Assembly (NCBI RefSeq): GCF_006345805.1
Contig: NC_043007.1
Span: forward strand, 26,350,001 to 26,414,000
Origin: Octopus sinensis
Lineage: Eukaryota
DNA length: 64,000 nt
Direction of reading: 5' to 3'
Shown here: in pieces, positions 11,885-24,690 of the stretch
How the letters are laid out: every line of letters begins with the position of its first letter
How positions within the stretch are numbered: position 1 is the stretch's first letter
Notes under the pieces: model-generated
Told to the model about the DNA's origin: nothing
The model's input: only the letters and a program-made list of their open reading frames with translations
The model's database searches: none
Program-made: the position numbers and the translations under genes

Positions 11885-14150
11885 TATCATAGTTATAATA
11901 ATTTTTATGATGAACATCATTATTGCTATTATTATTATGTTATCATGATTACATTATTGTATTATTGTTATATTAATATTATTTTTCACACGCCCACAAA
12001 ACACACAGAAATATGATTCATATGTATAAATCATTAAAATAATCATTATGATGAACATCATTATTGCTATTATTATTATGTTATCATGATTACATTATTG
12101 TATTATTGTTATATTAATATTATTTTTCACACGCCCACAAAACACACAGAAATATGATTTATATGTATACATCTATATAATAATTATTATGATGAACATC
12201 ATTATTACTATTATTATTATGTTATTATGATTACATTATTGTATTATTGTTACATTCATATTATTTTTCACACACCCTCAAAACAGACAGAAATATGATT
12301 TATATGTATACATCATTATAATAATTATTATGATGAACTTCATTATTGCTATTATTATTATGTTATCATGATTACATTATTGTATTATTGTTATATTAAT
12401 ATTATTTTTCACACGCCCACAAAACACACAGAAATATGATTCATATGTATAAATCATTAAAATAATCATTATGATGAACATCATTATTGCTATTATTATT
12501 ATGTTATCATGATTACATTATTGTATTATTGTTATATTAATATTATTTTTCACAGGCCCACAAAACACACAGAAATATGATTTATATGTATACATCATTA
12601 TAATAATAATTATGATGAACATCATTATTGCTATTATTATTATGGTATCATGATTACATTATTGTATTATTGTTATATTAATATTATTTTTCACACACCC
12701 TCAAAACACACAGAAACATGATTTATATGTATACATCTATATAATAATTATTATGATGAACATCATTATTACTATTATTATTATGTTATCATGATTACAT
12801 TATTGTATTATTGTTACATTCATATTATTTTTCACACACCCTCAAAACACACAGAAATATGATTTATATGTATACATCATTATAATAATTATTATGATGA
12901 ACTTCATTATTGCTATTATTATTATGTTATCATGATTACATTATTGTATTATTGTTATATTAATATTATTTTTCACACACCCACAAAACATACAGAAATA
13001 TGATTTATATGTATACATCATTATAATAATTATTATGATGAACATCATTATTGCTATTATTATTATGTTATCATGATTACATTATTGTATTATTGTTATA
13101 TTAATATTATTTTTCACACGCCCACAAAACACACAGAAATATGATTTATATGTATACATCATTATAATAATTATTATGATGAACATCATTATTGCTATTA
13201 TTATTATGTTATCATGATTACATTATTGTATTATTGTTATATTAATATTATTTTTCACATACCCACAAAACACACAGAAATATGATTTATATGTATACAT
13301 CATTATAATAACTATTATGATGAACATCATTATTGCTATTATTATTATGTTATCATGATTGCATTATTGTATTAGTTTATCTATTATATTTTTTATACCG
13401 TTTTCACACGCCCACAAAACACACAGAAATATTTATATGTATACATCATTATAATAATTATTATGATGAACATCATTATTGCTATTATTATTATGTTTCA
13501 TCATGATACATTAGTGTATTATTGTTATATTAATATTATTTTTCACACGCCCACAAAACACACAGAAATATGATATATATATATATATATATATATCATA
13601 ATCATTATGATGAACATCATTATTGCTATTATTATTATGTTATCATGATTACATTATTGTATTATTGTTATATTAATATTATTTTTCACACGCCCACAAA
13701 ACACACAGAAATATGATTTATATGTATATATCATTATAATAATTATTATGATGAACATCATTATTGCTATTATTATTATGTTATCATGATCACATTATTG
13801 TATCATTGTTATATTAATATTATTTTTCACACGCCCACAAAACACACAGAAATATGATTTATATGTATATATCATTATAATAATCATTATGATGAACATC
13901 ATTATTGCTATTATTATTATGTTATCATGATTACATTATTGTATCATTGTTATATTAATATTATTTTTGACACGCCCACAAAACACACAGAAATATGATA
14001 TATATGTATACATCATTATAATAATTATTATGATGAACATCATTATTGCTATTATTATTATGTTATCATGATTACATTATTGTATCATTGTTATATTAAT
14101 ATTATTTTTCACACGCCCACAACATACACAGAAATATGATTTATATGTAT
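11885..14150. repeat. Tandem satellite, 16 units of about 141 bp
   Basis: The anchor ccc(a/t)caaaaca recurs at 11993, 12134, 12275, 12416, 12557, 12698, 12839, 12980, 13121, 13262, 13411, 13550, 13693, 13834, 13975 and 14116. Confidence 0.97.
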
Positions 14151-15925
14151 ACACATACACGCGTGCACACATGTATATATATAATTGAGAGAGGCACAAA
14201 GAGACTAAGAGAGAGAAAGAGAGAGGGAGAGAGTGGAGAGAAGGAGAGAGAGAAAGTAGAGAGAAAGTATTTGTGTGCAGCAGCTGTTATGTCACAACTT
14301 GTGCCAGTGTCAGAAATCAATATTAGCTATAACAACAACAACAACAACAACAACAACTGCAATATTGCCCATTCCTTGCAAACAAACTCCTCTGTCACCT
14401 ACACACCCCCAGCACCCCCTGAAAGCGGCTGTCCTACCCACACTCCGATCTCTTAACCTCGACATTATCAACGATGCACCTGTCTCAAGCAAAGAAACAA
14501 ACACACGAGGAAACAAGAAGAAAACTGAACACATGAAATTGTGTTGTACCACATATAGAAAAACGAAATACAGACATATAAATACATATAACACATATGT
14601 ACATTTATACGCATTTTTATTCATAAAACATATATATATATATATATATAATTATATATTAAGTGTATACATATGTATAGAGATATATGTGTGTGCGTGT
14701 GTGTGTATATATCTGTGCGTGTATATATATATGCATATATATACATATGCATATGTGTGTATGTGCGTATGTATGTGTATATATATATGCGTCTGTGTGC
14801 GTGTGTATGTACATATATATAGGTGTGCCTGTGTATGTACATATATATACGTGTGCGTGTGTGCGTATGTGTGTATATGTGTGTACGTGTGTATGTACAT
14901 ATATATACGTGTGCATGAGTGTGTGTATGTGTGTATATGTGTGTGCGTATTTATGTATATATGTGTGTACGTGTGTGTGTGTCTGTGTGTCTGTGTGTGC
15001 GCGTGCGTGTTAGAAATCACCGTTCACGCAAATTACTCCCACAAGTTATACTTCGAATACAACAACCGAACCCAGAAAGAAAGGAGGGAGGGAGGGACGG
15101 GGAAAGGGAGAGAGAGAGAGAGAGAAAAGATGAGAGAGAGAGAGAGAGACAGAAGAGAAGAAAAACAAAGCAGAAAAACAAAACAACCCTCAGCGTAAAA
15201 CTAAGAATAAAAACGAAATAAAATAGAATAAAATAAAAAAAATAAAGATAAATAAAAAAAATACAGGAAAGAAGAGATGCTAGCTCCTTTAAATGACAAC
15301 AATGTCAGCTCAGCAACCATCGACTTCCAACCTTACCGTGCCAGCCACCAGCACTTCATCATCACATTTCCACCAGCACCATAAGCCAAAAGAACCCACC
15401 CGCTGATCATATTGTGCGCTCATTGAAATACGCTCTGTTGAGTTTCCTGAAAGAAGCAAAAAAGCCTCACCCACAAACCCTCTATATAGTGTACTTTTTT
15501 CTTCCTTTTTTTTCTTATACCGCCCGTGTACTTTTCTATTTATTTTCTATGTTGTGTCTTCTCTTGAACCACTTATTTCTATTTCTATCAGTATTTATCT
15601 CCCCTTTCACGACCCTTACCACTTTAAAAGCCTTGCTTTCATTCGCTTTCCACCATCTTTTCTTTTACTAGGACATTCCACCCTACATCTCTCGTTACTT
15701 TCGTTTCCTATCTTATCCAGCGTTTTCTTCTCTGCCTTCTTCTTCTCCCCCTCTTCTTCTCCTTCTTCTTCTTCTTCTTCTTCTCCTTCTTCTTTTTCTT
15801 CTTGCATCATTTTTCTTTTCTTTTTTTTTTCTTCTTCTAGTTCAATTTAAACGTTACCCTCACTATCATCATCGGCGTCGTCACTGCATCATAACCTTCA
15901 TCATTATCATCATCATCATCATCAT

Positions 15926-15981
<56 letters not shown>

Positions 15982-16253
15982 TATCATCATCAACACCTCC
16001 GCTACCACCACCACTATCACAGCCACTACCACCATCACAACCACTACCTCTTCCGCCACCACCAACATCACCAGTGACACCACTACCGACACCACCATCA
16101 TCGCTATCATCACCATCATCATCATCATCATCTTAGGCAGCAGCATTACATCCTCCTGTTGTTGTCGTCGTCATCGTTGCTCTTGTAGTTGCCACGGTTG
16201 TTTGGCCTCTTGTCAGCCTAAATGCATTCCAGAAGTGACTACCCCCACGTTTT

Positions 16254-16289
<36 letters not shown>

Positions 16290-17504
16290 GTGTACACACA
16301 TGTGTGTGTGTGTGAGTCTGTGCTTCCAGAAGCATTTGAGAACCTGCATTAAATAGCAATGAATGAAGATTAACTTGCTATGAAGCCATAAAAACAATTT
16401 TGAATTAAGCCGTTGGAATCATCTTAAAGAATTGCGAACCATGAGAAAATCTCGAACTAACATGCCAACCGATTTGTAGAACAATCCTCTCTTATGTCCA
16501 ATCTCTGGATTTGCTCGAAAATCATTGACAGGATTAAAGTCTCATAAGAGACATAGGCATCAGAACTAAAGAACAAAAAGAAAAAAAAAAAGAAGCAAAA
16601 ATGGTTAGTGGATCTGAAATCAACGGTAGAATCCATAATATATATTCTTTATCTTTTATCCTTTACTGGATCCGGTCATTGGACTGCAGCCATGACAGAA
16701 TCCAGTAAAATGTAAAAATAAAGTATATATATATATATATATATATATAAATTAAATTAGAGATAAAACCACTATTAAGCAAATCAAATAGTGAAAAACA
16801 TAAACCAAAACATAAAAGAGAAAAATAATTAATATAATATACAAATATATAAAATTTAGATTATTTAAATTTAAAATTTTTAATTTATATTTATAAATTT
16901 TTATATATTTTTTATTTTTTAAATATTAAATTTTTTTATTTTAAATATATATAACTATCAAAAAGTATTAAAAAGTTTAATATAATATAATATAATAAGT
17001 AAAACCATAATATATATATATGTATATATATATATTATATATATATATTATGGATTCTCCTACCGATTTCGACGTAAGAGGATCCAGTAACAATTTTTTG
17101 TTTCGTATTTTTTTTTCAATCTGTCGTTAGTGGTGCTGCATACAATGTGCGAGGTTGGCCGAACGTACAGTGCGGTCACTTTATATACAAGAGTGTGCTG
17201 TTGTCGAAGGAAGATCCCAAATTAGCCCAATTTAGCTACCGCACGAGATGGTCAAATGCTATGTTACGCGACAAACGGTTGCCCATTTTAATGTCATCAT
17301 CTGATACCTTGGTTACCTTTTACGGAGTCCACCCTGTTGCAAGCATTTGACCAAGTCTCTAGTTTGAGAATACGTCCCACCTTATCTCTGTTTCACCAGT
17401 TTTGAAGACCCTATAAAATGTCGTAGGATTTGCCCTCTCCTCCTGACTAAAAAATAAAAAAAGATTAAAGCTTGAGCATGGATATGTAATATCGGTGACA
17501 GCCT

Positions 17505-18286
17505 TATTTCTTTACTACCCACAAGGGGCTAAACACAGAGAGAACAAACAAGGACAGACAAACAGATTAAGTCGATTATATCGACCCCAGTGCGTAACTG
17601 GTACTCATTTAATCGATCCCGAAAGGATGAAAGGCAAAGTCGACCTCGGCAGAATTTGAACTCAGAACATAGCGGCAGACAAAATACCTATTTCTTTATT
17701 ACCCACAAGGGGCTAAACACAGAGGGGACAAACAAGGACAGACATAGGTATTAAGTCGATTACATCGACCCCAGTGCGTAACTGGTACTTATTTAATCGA
17801 CCCCGAAAGGATGAAAGGCAAAGTCGACCTCGGCAGAATTTGAACTCAGAACATAGCGGCAGACAAAATACCTATTTCTTTCCTACCCACAAGGGGCTAA
17901 ACACAGAGGGGACAAACAAGGACAGACAAACGGTTTAAGTCGATTACATCGACCCCAGTGCGTAACTGGTACTTATTTAATCGACCCCGAAAGGATGAAA
18001 GGCAAAGTCGACCTCGGCAGAATTTGAACTCAGAACATAGCGGCAGACAAAATACCTATTTCTTTATTACCCACAAGGGGCTAAACACAGAGAGGACAAA
18101 CAAGGACAGACAAACGGATTAAGTCGATTATATCGACCCCAGTACGTAGCTGGTACTTAATTTATCGACCCCGAAAGGATGAAAGGCAAAGTCGACCTCG
18201 GAGGAATTTGAACTCACAACGTAACGACAGACAAAATACCGCTAAGCATTTCGCCCGACGTGCTAATTTTTTCTGCTAGCTCGCCG
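17505..18286 (-). mobile_element. Head-to-tail tetramer of tRNA-derived SINE family A (one full unit plus three head-less 184-bp units)
   Basis: Unit boundaries at 17505, 17689, 17873 and 18057; only the rightmost unit has the gcggcgagctagcag head. Confidence 0.95.
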
Positions 18287-18764
18287 CGTTTTATCCCATG
18301 TTTATTATAATCGGACGGTTATCGTTATGTGAAAGGATCTGTCCAAAAATAATCACAATAAAAGACAATCACTCTACGAACAATAACAATAAGTACGACA
18401 ATACAAAAGAATTGTAGTTTCAATAATATTTATAACAACAATATATAACATGTGTTCTTGATAATTGAATCGATAGAAAAGCATTTCTAATGATTGCTGT
18501 TCTTCATGTCAGACTTATTTCAAGAGACCTATGTTCAAATGTATTCCAGCTGTGACTATACATGATTCAGACATATAATATATGCAACTATACACTCAAA
18601 GTGTATCACCATATCGATACAATCGAATGTCAACTCAACAGAATCTCATACAAAATGTATATTATAACTATAGCCATATATAGCCGTATATATAACTATA
18701 ACTATATATAACCAGATATATAACTATAGCCATATATAGTCAATATGACTATAGCATGACTATA

Positions 18765-18995
18765 TATTTCTTTATTGCCCACAAGGAGCTAAACATAGAG
18801 GGGACAAACAAGGACAGACAAAGGGATTAAGTGGATTACATCGACCCCAGTGCGTAACTGGTACTTAATTTATCGACCCCGAAAGGATGAAAGGCAAAGT
18901 CGACCTCGGCGGAATTTGAACCCAGAATGTAACGACAGACGAAATACCACTAAGCATTTCGCCCAGCGCGCTAACGTGTCTGCCAGCTCGCCGCC
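18765..18995 (-). mobile_element. SINE family A, full length, with 15-bp TSD
   Basis: Head ggcggcgagctggcag, B-box-like gttcaaattc; TSD tatagcatgactata at 18750-18764 and 18996-19010. Confidence 0.95.
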
Positions 18996-19027
18996 TATAG
19001 CATGACTATAGCCAGCAGGTGTGTTTA

Positions 19028-19315
19028 TATGTGGTCTGATCAATAAGTATCCGGATTGCTGCTATAGTAACGAAGCTAAAGCACGCAGAGTAAAGCTTCT
19101 TGGCACAGATTGACCTTCAACTCTGTTGTGCATGCCCACTAACTTTTAATGCTCTGTATCACTTCCACTGTTTACGGCAATGCCTGACTGTTACGTGTGT
19201 AGTGTTTGATCGTCGCATTGACCATAGCGGAGAAAGTTGAGCAGAGAATCTGCATCAAATTTTGCCAAAAGATTGGCGGTACCGGCTCAGAGGCCTACGC
19301 AATGTTTTCAGAAAG
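19028..19315 (+). mobile_element. Mariner-type transposon 5' end (TIR and transposase N-terminus), decayed
   Basis: TIR-like tatgtggtctgatcaataagtatccggat; EKVEQRICIKFCQKIG..GSEAYAM fits the mariner N-terminal EQRxxIKF pattern. Confidence 0.8.
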
Positions 19316-19820
19316 TTTTCCTCGTTTTCGACACAATCAAGGAAGTCTTATGCAACTAAAACCCAAGTGTCGTTTTGGTCGACTGAAAGCAGTTTTGGCT
19401 CATACTTGACATTTTATAGAGAATTCTGATGAGATGATATTCAATTGAATTGATATAATGATACATCTTGGGTTTACGGTTATATATATCATATAACGAT
19501 ATAGTAATACTCTTGAGCTTCAATTCCAGTGAAACAATTGTAAATTAATGTAAGAAAACAATTTACTCAGTCTGCTCGCCTTGTTAATACTTTGCCAATA
19601 TTAATACTTTGGATATTATGGATTTTTGAAATATGATCAGTAAAAAATCGATCTCAGATTTAGAATCATATCTGATAGGCAGGCCAGTAACTTTTGATGA
19701 GTTTCAAAGAGTAAACTACAAGGTTAACACAGAATGGAATATGTGTGTGTGTTGTGTGTGTATGCGTGTGCGTGCATATATTCACACATACATACATACA
19801 TACATACATACATACATAAA

Positions 19821-20144
19821 GACCCCCTTCGGTCATGAATGACCATGGGATTGCACCTAGAAAGTTACCCTCCTAGACACAAGTCCGGGCAAGGTTGTTT
19901 ATGGAAGACCAGCAGTCGCCCATGCATACCAGCCTCCCCTCTCCACGCCACCAATGTTATCCAAGGGAAAGACAAAGGCCGATACAGCTTGGCACCTGTG
20001 ACGTCGCAACTCATTTCTACAGCTGAGTGAACTGGAGCAACGTGAAATAAAGTGTTTTGCTCAAGAACACAACACGCAGCCCGGTCTGGGATTCGAGCTC
20101 ACAACCTCACGATCGTAAGCTCGACGCTCTAACCACTGAGCCAT
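19821..20144 (-). mobile_element. tRNA-derived SINE family C
   Basis: Minus strand atggctcagtggttagagcgtcgagcttacgatcgtgaggttgtgagctcgaatccc (A and B boxes), then cttgagcaaaacacttt; homologous to 37202 and 47896. Confidence 0.9.
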
Positions 20145-20632
20145 ACATACATACATACATACATAAGTATGCATGTATTTATAAAGGAATGATTATGAGT
20201 ATGTATATGTGTATGCTTGGAGAGAGAGAGAGAAAGGAGAGAGAGGTGGGGAGAGAGCGTAAGAGAGGAGAGAGATTATTAGGGAAGTCAAATGACTGAA
20301 ATAAAGAATGCACGAATAAAAGAACGAACAGAAAGGGAGAGAATGTAGAAAATAAACAGAGGAACAATTCTTGAGAATGATATAATAAGAGCTTGATTTA
20401 GATAAAGATCACCTTGGAGAAAGGAAATGACAGTTAAGAAGATAGATTGATAGATTGATAGAGGGAGAAAACAAAAAAGAGTGAGAGGGAGAGGCATATA
20501 CGTACATCCACACACCTACAAACACACACACACACACACAAACACACCCGGAGACAATCGGTAAACCGTGGGGGTATTAATGAGGTTTAGAGAGTAGAAA
20601 GAGAAAGAGAGAGAGAGGATAAACTGGTGGCG

Positions 20633-20648
20633 TGCTGCCCCCTGGTGA
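20633..20648 (-). promoter_or_regulatory. Candidate CTCF-type motif
   Basis: Minus strand TCACCAGGGGGCAGCA matches the CTCF core CACCAGGGGGC and lies in non-repeat sequence. Confidence 0.35.
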
Positions 20649-20989
20649 GCAAACTGGCTGCCTTAACGACTTCGGTAAATTATAACGCTGGTGGAAGAAG
20701 ATGATGGAGAAAATTGGAGGATGTGGAAGCAAAAGAGGAAAAAAAAAAGAATGGAAGGAAGATGTGGTGAGTGGCGCGGGTGGAGTGGAGTGGAGTGGAG
20801 TGGAGTGAAACAAGGTGAACATCATCGACTTGTGCGGTGATATTGTCTGCAGAAAGCGGGTAATTATGTGATGAGATGGCTGCCAATATATGGACGCTTG
20901 GGTGGGTTATGAGGCAGGTGTGGGCTGTGAAAAATTTTTTGGGCGGGGGAATGAATGGATGGCGCTCGATGCTGTTGATGGTAGTGGCA

Positions 20990-21470
20990 CTGATTATGGT
21001 GGTGGTGCTGAAGGTGTTGTTTTTGGTGGTGGTGGTGGTGGTGGTGGTGTCGGTGGTGTTAGTGGTGGTGGTGGTGGTGGTGTGGTGGTGGTGGTGGTGG
21101 TGTCGTTGGTGGTGGTAGTGGTGGTGCCGGTGGTGGTGGTGTTAGTGGTGTGGTGGTTGTGTTGGTAAGTGAGGGTATCGTTGGTGGTGATAGTGATGGT
21201 GCCGGTGGTGGTGGTGTTAGTGGTGTGGTGGTGGTGGTGGTGGTGGTGGTGGTGGTGGTGGTGTGGTGGACATAGTGGTTGTAGTGGTGGTGGTGGTGGT
21301 GGTGTGGTGGTGTGGTGGTGGTGGTGTGGTGGTGGTGGTGGTGGTGGTGGTGTGGTGGTGGTGGTTGTGGTGGTGGTGTGGTGGTGTGGTGGTGGTGGTG
21401 GTGGTGGTGGTGGGTGGTGGTGGTGTGTGTGGTGGTGGTTGTGGTGGTGAAGGTGTCAGTGCTGGCATCA
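20990..21470. repeat. (GGT)n/(GTG)n array
   Basis: Direct reading. Confidence 0.95.
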
Positions 21471-22109
21471 GACATTGTAATAGTACTGCTTAGTAGTAGT
21501 GGAATTATTGATGGTGACATACGCTGGTGATGAAAGTAATGATGGTAGTTACAATGACGTTGATGATGATGATGATGATAATGATACTAGTACCAACAGT
21601 TGTGGTGGAGGTAGAAGTGGTTGTGGTGGACGTGGTTTTGGCTGTTGTGTTGACGGCGTTGATGATGGTGTTAGTGCTAATAATAACATAATTCATGGAA
21701 ATAAGATCAGAAATTTCGGTGAAAGGTTTGATCGATTATATCGATGCCAATACTTGATTTGTACTTTATTTTATCGATCCTGAAAGACAATTTTGACCTT
21801 AGAAGAAATGAATGAAACTGCAAACATAAAGAACTGTAACTAAATACTGCAAGACTTTTTGTTCGACGCTCTTAAGATTGTCAGTCTAGCGCTCTTAACA
21901 ATGGTGGTTAGACCGATTGTTTTTTTAGCACCAGGTCAGCCTGTATGAAACAGTGTTATTATCAAAAGCTTGGATCTTGTTAAATTTCTTTCGACCACTA
22001 TCAGAAAACCGAAAGTACATTTAATATCGATCGGTGGGGCCCAGTAAGCCTTTTTAAGGGTCATAGGTTTACTAAAAGGTTATGTCAGAGAAGATTAATT
22101 CTTTTCTTT

Positions 22110-22547
22110 TCTTTTATTCTTTTACTTGTTTCAGTCATTTGACTGTGACCATGCTGGAGCACTGCCTTTAGTCGAGCAAATCGACCCCAGGACTTATTGT
22201 TTGTAAGCCTAGTACTTATTCTATCGGCCTCTCTTGCCGAACCGCTAAGGGACGGGGACGTAAACACACCAGCATCAGTTGTCAAGCGATGTTGGAAGGA
22301 CAAACACAGACACACAAACATACACACACACACGCACACACACACACACTCGCACGCACACACACACACACACATATATATATACGACGAGCTTCTTTCA
22401 GTTTCCATCTACCAAATCCACTCACAAGGCTTTGGTCGGCCCGAGGCTATAGTAGAAGACACTTGCCCAAGGTGCCACGCAGTGGGACTGAACCCGGAAC
22501 CATGTGGCTGGGAAGCAAGCTACTTACCACACAACCACTCCTGCGCT
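22110..22547 (-). mobile_element. SINE family B, full length, with internal CA/TA microsatellite
   Basis: Reverse complement of 54885-55285. Confidence 0.93.
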
Positions 22548-22626
22548 TATAGTTTAGTAAATTAATCAAACTAGATGCTTTTCTACTCTAGGCACAAGAC
22601 CCGAAACAATTTCAAAATAACGTGAT

Positions 22627-22687
22627 TAAAATCAAAATAAGCAACAAGGATATCCTCTGGATATCCTTGTTGATTATTTTGATTTTA
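22627..22687. repeat. 29-bp-arm hairpin with a 3-nt loop
   Basis: taaaatcaaaataagcaacaaggatatcc-tct-ggatatccttgttgattattttgatttta, one mismatch. Confidence 0.9.
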
Positions 22688-22734
22688 TACATGTGTGTGT
22701 GTATGTGTGTGCGTGTGTGTGTGGGGGGTGTTTG

Positions 22735-22925
22735 TTCTCCCATCACCGCTTGACAACTGGTGTTGGTGTGTTTACATCCCCGTAAACTAGCGGCTCGGCA
22801 AAAGAGACCGATAATATAATTACTAGGTTTTAAAAAATAAGTCCTGAAGTCGATATGTTTGACTAAAATCCTTTAAGGCAGTGCTCCAGCATGGCCGCAG
22901 TCAAATGACTAAAGTAAAAAGAAGA
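22735..22925 (+). mobile_element. SINE family B, 3' half
   Basis: cttgacaactggtgttggtgtgtttacatcccc ... gtgctccagcatggccgcagtcaaatgact. Confidence 0.85.
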
Positions 22926-23796
22926 ATGAAAGAGTAGCCACACCAAACGTTAAGGGGTGTAGATTTCTTTGAATTTAGCGATTCGGCAACAAGAGATGGA
23001 CGCTTGATAATCAGACTTGGAAATACGCACGGGGTTGATTTGTAAGAGTTAACGCCTTGCAGTTGGTGCTCCAGCATGGCCACAATCCAATGGCTGAAGT
23101 AGTTAAAAGAAGTGAAAGCAAATAGATTTTTTTTAAATATCGGCTGTTACTTTAGAATTCAACGAACTCTAAAAGGAAAGAAACAAGCCTGATCTTAGAT
23201 GAATAGACTTGTCTTAAGTTATGGCTACCATCGCATTTTCGTCATAAACGGCAGTACAGGACAGATACTGTGTGTGTGTGTATCTCTGTGTGTCTGTGTA
23301 TCTGTGTGTCTGTGTATCTGTGTGTCTGTGTGTATCTGTGTGTGTATGTGTGTCTGTGTCCGTGTATTTGCGTGGCTGTGTATGTACGCACGTGCGTCCG
23401 TGTGTGTCTGTCTGTTTGTCCGTGCGCGTCTGTGTATAAAATTAAATATTGATGTATTTCAATGTTTTTCGTCTTACATTTACGATCCTGGCACCCAATC
23501 TACTTTACTGAATCTTGGATTAATGGACACCTTGTCTGTATTTGTTTTTAACTGCATCTTGGTACATAACTTCGTAGCTTATATATATATATATATAGAA
23601 TATATCATTAATATTATCATAGAAATTATAATTAATATTTGCCACATTGCTTGGCAATGGTTTATATAGTCTTATAGACATTTTACTGTTTATATGCTTG
23701 ATATAACCCAAACAAGTATACACATAGACAAACACACACACACACTGACACACAAACAAACAAACCACAGATAGACAAATATTCTTACATGGATAC

Positions 23797-24442
23797 GGAT
23801 CCTTACCTTTTGACCGACAGATTTAAAAAATAATTTTTTGTAACTAAACACTTTCAAACTTCGGACACTGGTACAATGTGTTTATAAAACATCTTTAGTC
23901 TTAGTGTTTTTGAGAAAAGCTTATATTTACGAAGTAATTTCACGTTGAAGTTGTCCTATTTCGGTAATTTCAACCAATCGATGACTTGTATTCAGCTGAA
24001 TAAAATTACTGCCGTTGTTTGTCAACAACTATCGGAGGTGTATTTTTCGTTTCTCACTGTTATTTATGACATCGTTCGTGCGTTTGTACTGGTTTTAGGG
24101 TTAGGGTTAGGATTTTAGGGTTAAGGTTAGGGTTAGGATTCTGGTTTTAGGGTTAGGGTTGTCATAAATAACAGTGACAAACGAAAAATACACCGCAAGA
24201 AGTTCTTGTTGACAAACAACAGCAGTAATTATATACAGCTGAATACACGTCATTGATTGGTTGAAATTACCAAAATACTACAACTTTAACGTGAAATAAC
24301 TTCCTAAATATAAGCTTTTCTCAAAAACGCTAAGCGTAAAAGATGTTTTACATGACACATTCTATCAGTGTCCGAAGTTTGAAAGTATTTAGTTATAAAA
24401 AGTAATTTTTTTTTAAATCTGTCGGTCAAAAAGTAAAGATTA
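23797..24442. mobile_element. Fold-back/MITE-like element, about 275-bp inverted arms, TTAGGG repeats in the loop
   Basis: The left arm (ccttaccttttgaccgacagattt ... tatttatgaca) matches the reverse complement of the right arm (tgtcataaata ... aaatctgtcggtcaaaaagtaaag); loop 24072-24159. Confidence 0.92.
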
Positions 24443-24461
24443 CATGCATACATATATACAT

Positions 24462-24690
24462 AATTGCGGACAACTGCTCCGAAACCGCCAGCATCTATAC
24501 CCAGATTATAAATTCACATTTACACCAATGATAATTTGTACATTTGGTTCTGTGAGTAAATGCCTAAAAGACAATCTGAAAAGGGTAGGGTTTACAGGAA
24601 AAGAAATCAACCAGTTAACAAGCATATTACGAATTCATTCTTCTGTAAGTCGAGCAAGACTCTTCTCAAGTTTAACAAGCGAATTTGTTT
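24462..24690 (+). mobile_element. Decayed C-terminus of an RLE-type non-LTR element from a different family
   Basis: QLLRNRQHLYPDYKFTFTPMIICTFGSVSKCLKDNLKRVGF resembles the P(I/V)(I/V)xGAxG-type RLE tail; ends in a CKTLLKF-like remnant. Confidence 0.5.

Noticed and set aside
11885-14150. Possible CRISPR-like array
   Set aside because: The whole unit repeats with no unique spacers, the context is eukaryotic and there are no cas genes.
17140-17450. Possible very decayed RTE C-terminus on the minus strand
   Set aside because: The resemblance is limited to scattered residues with several stops.
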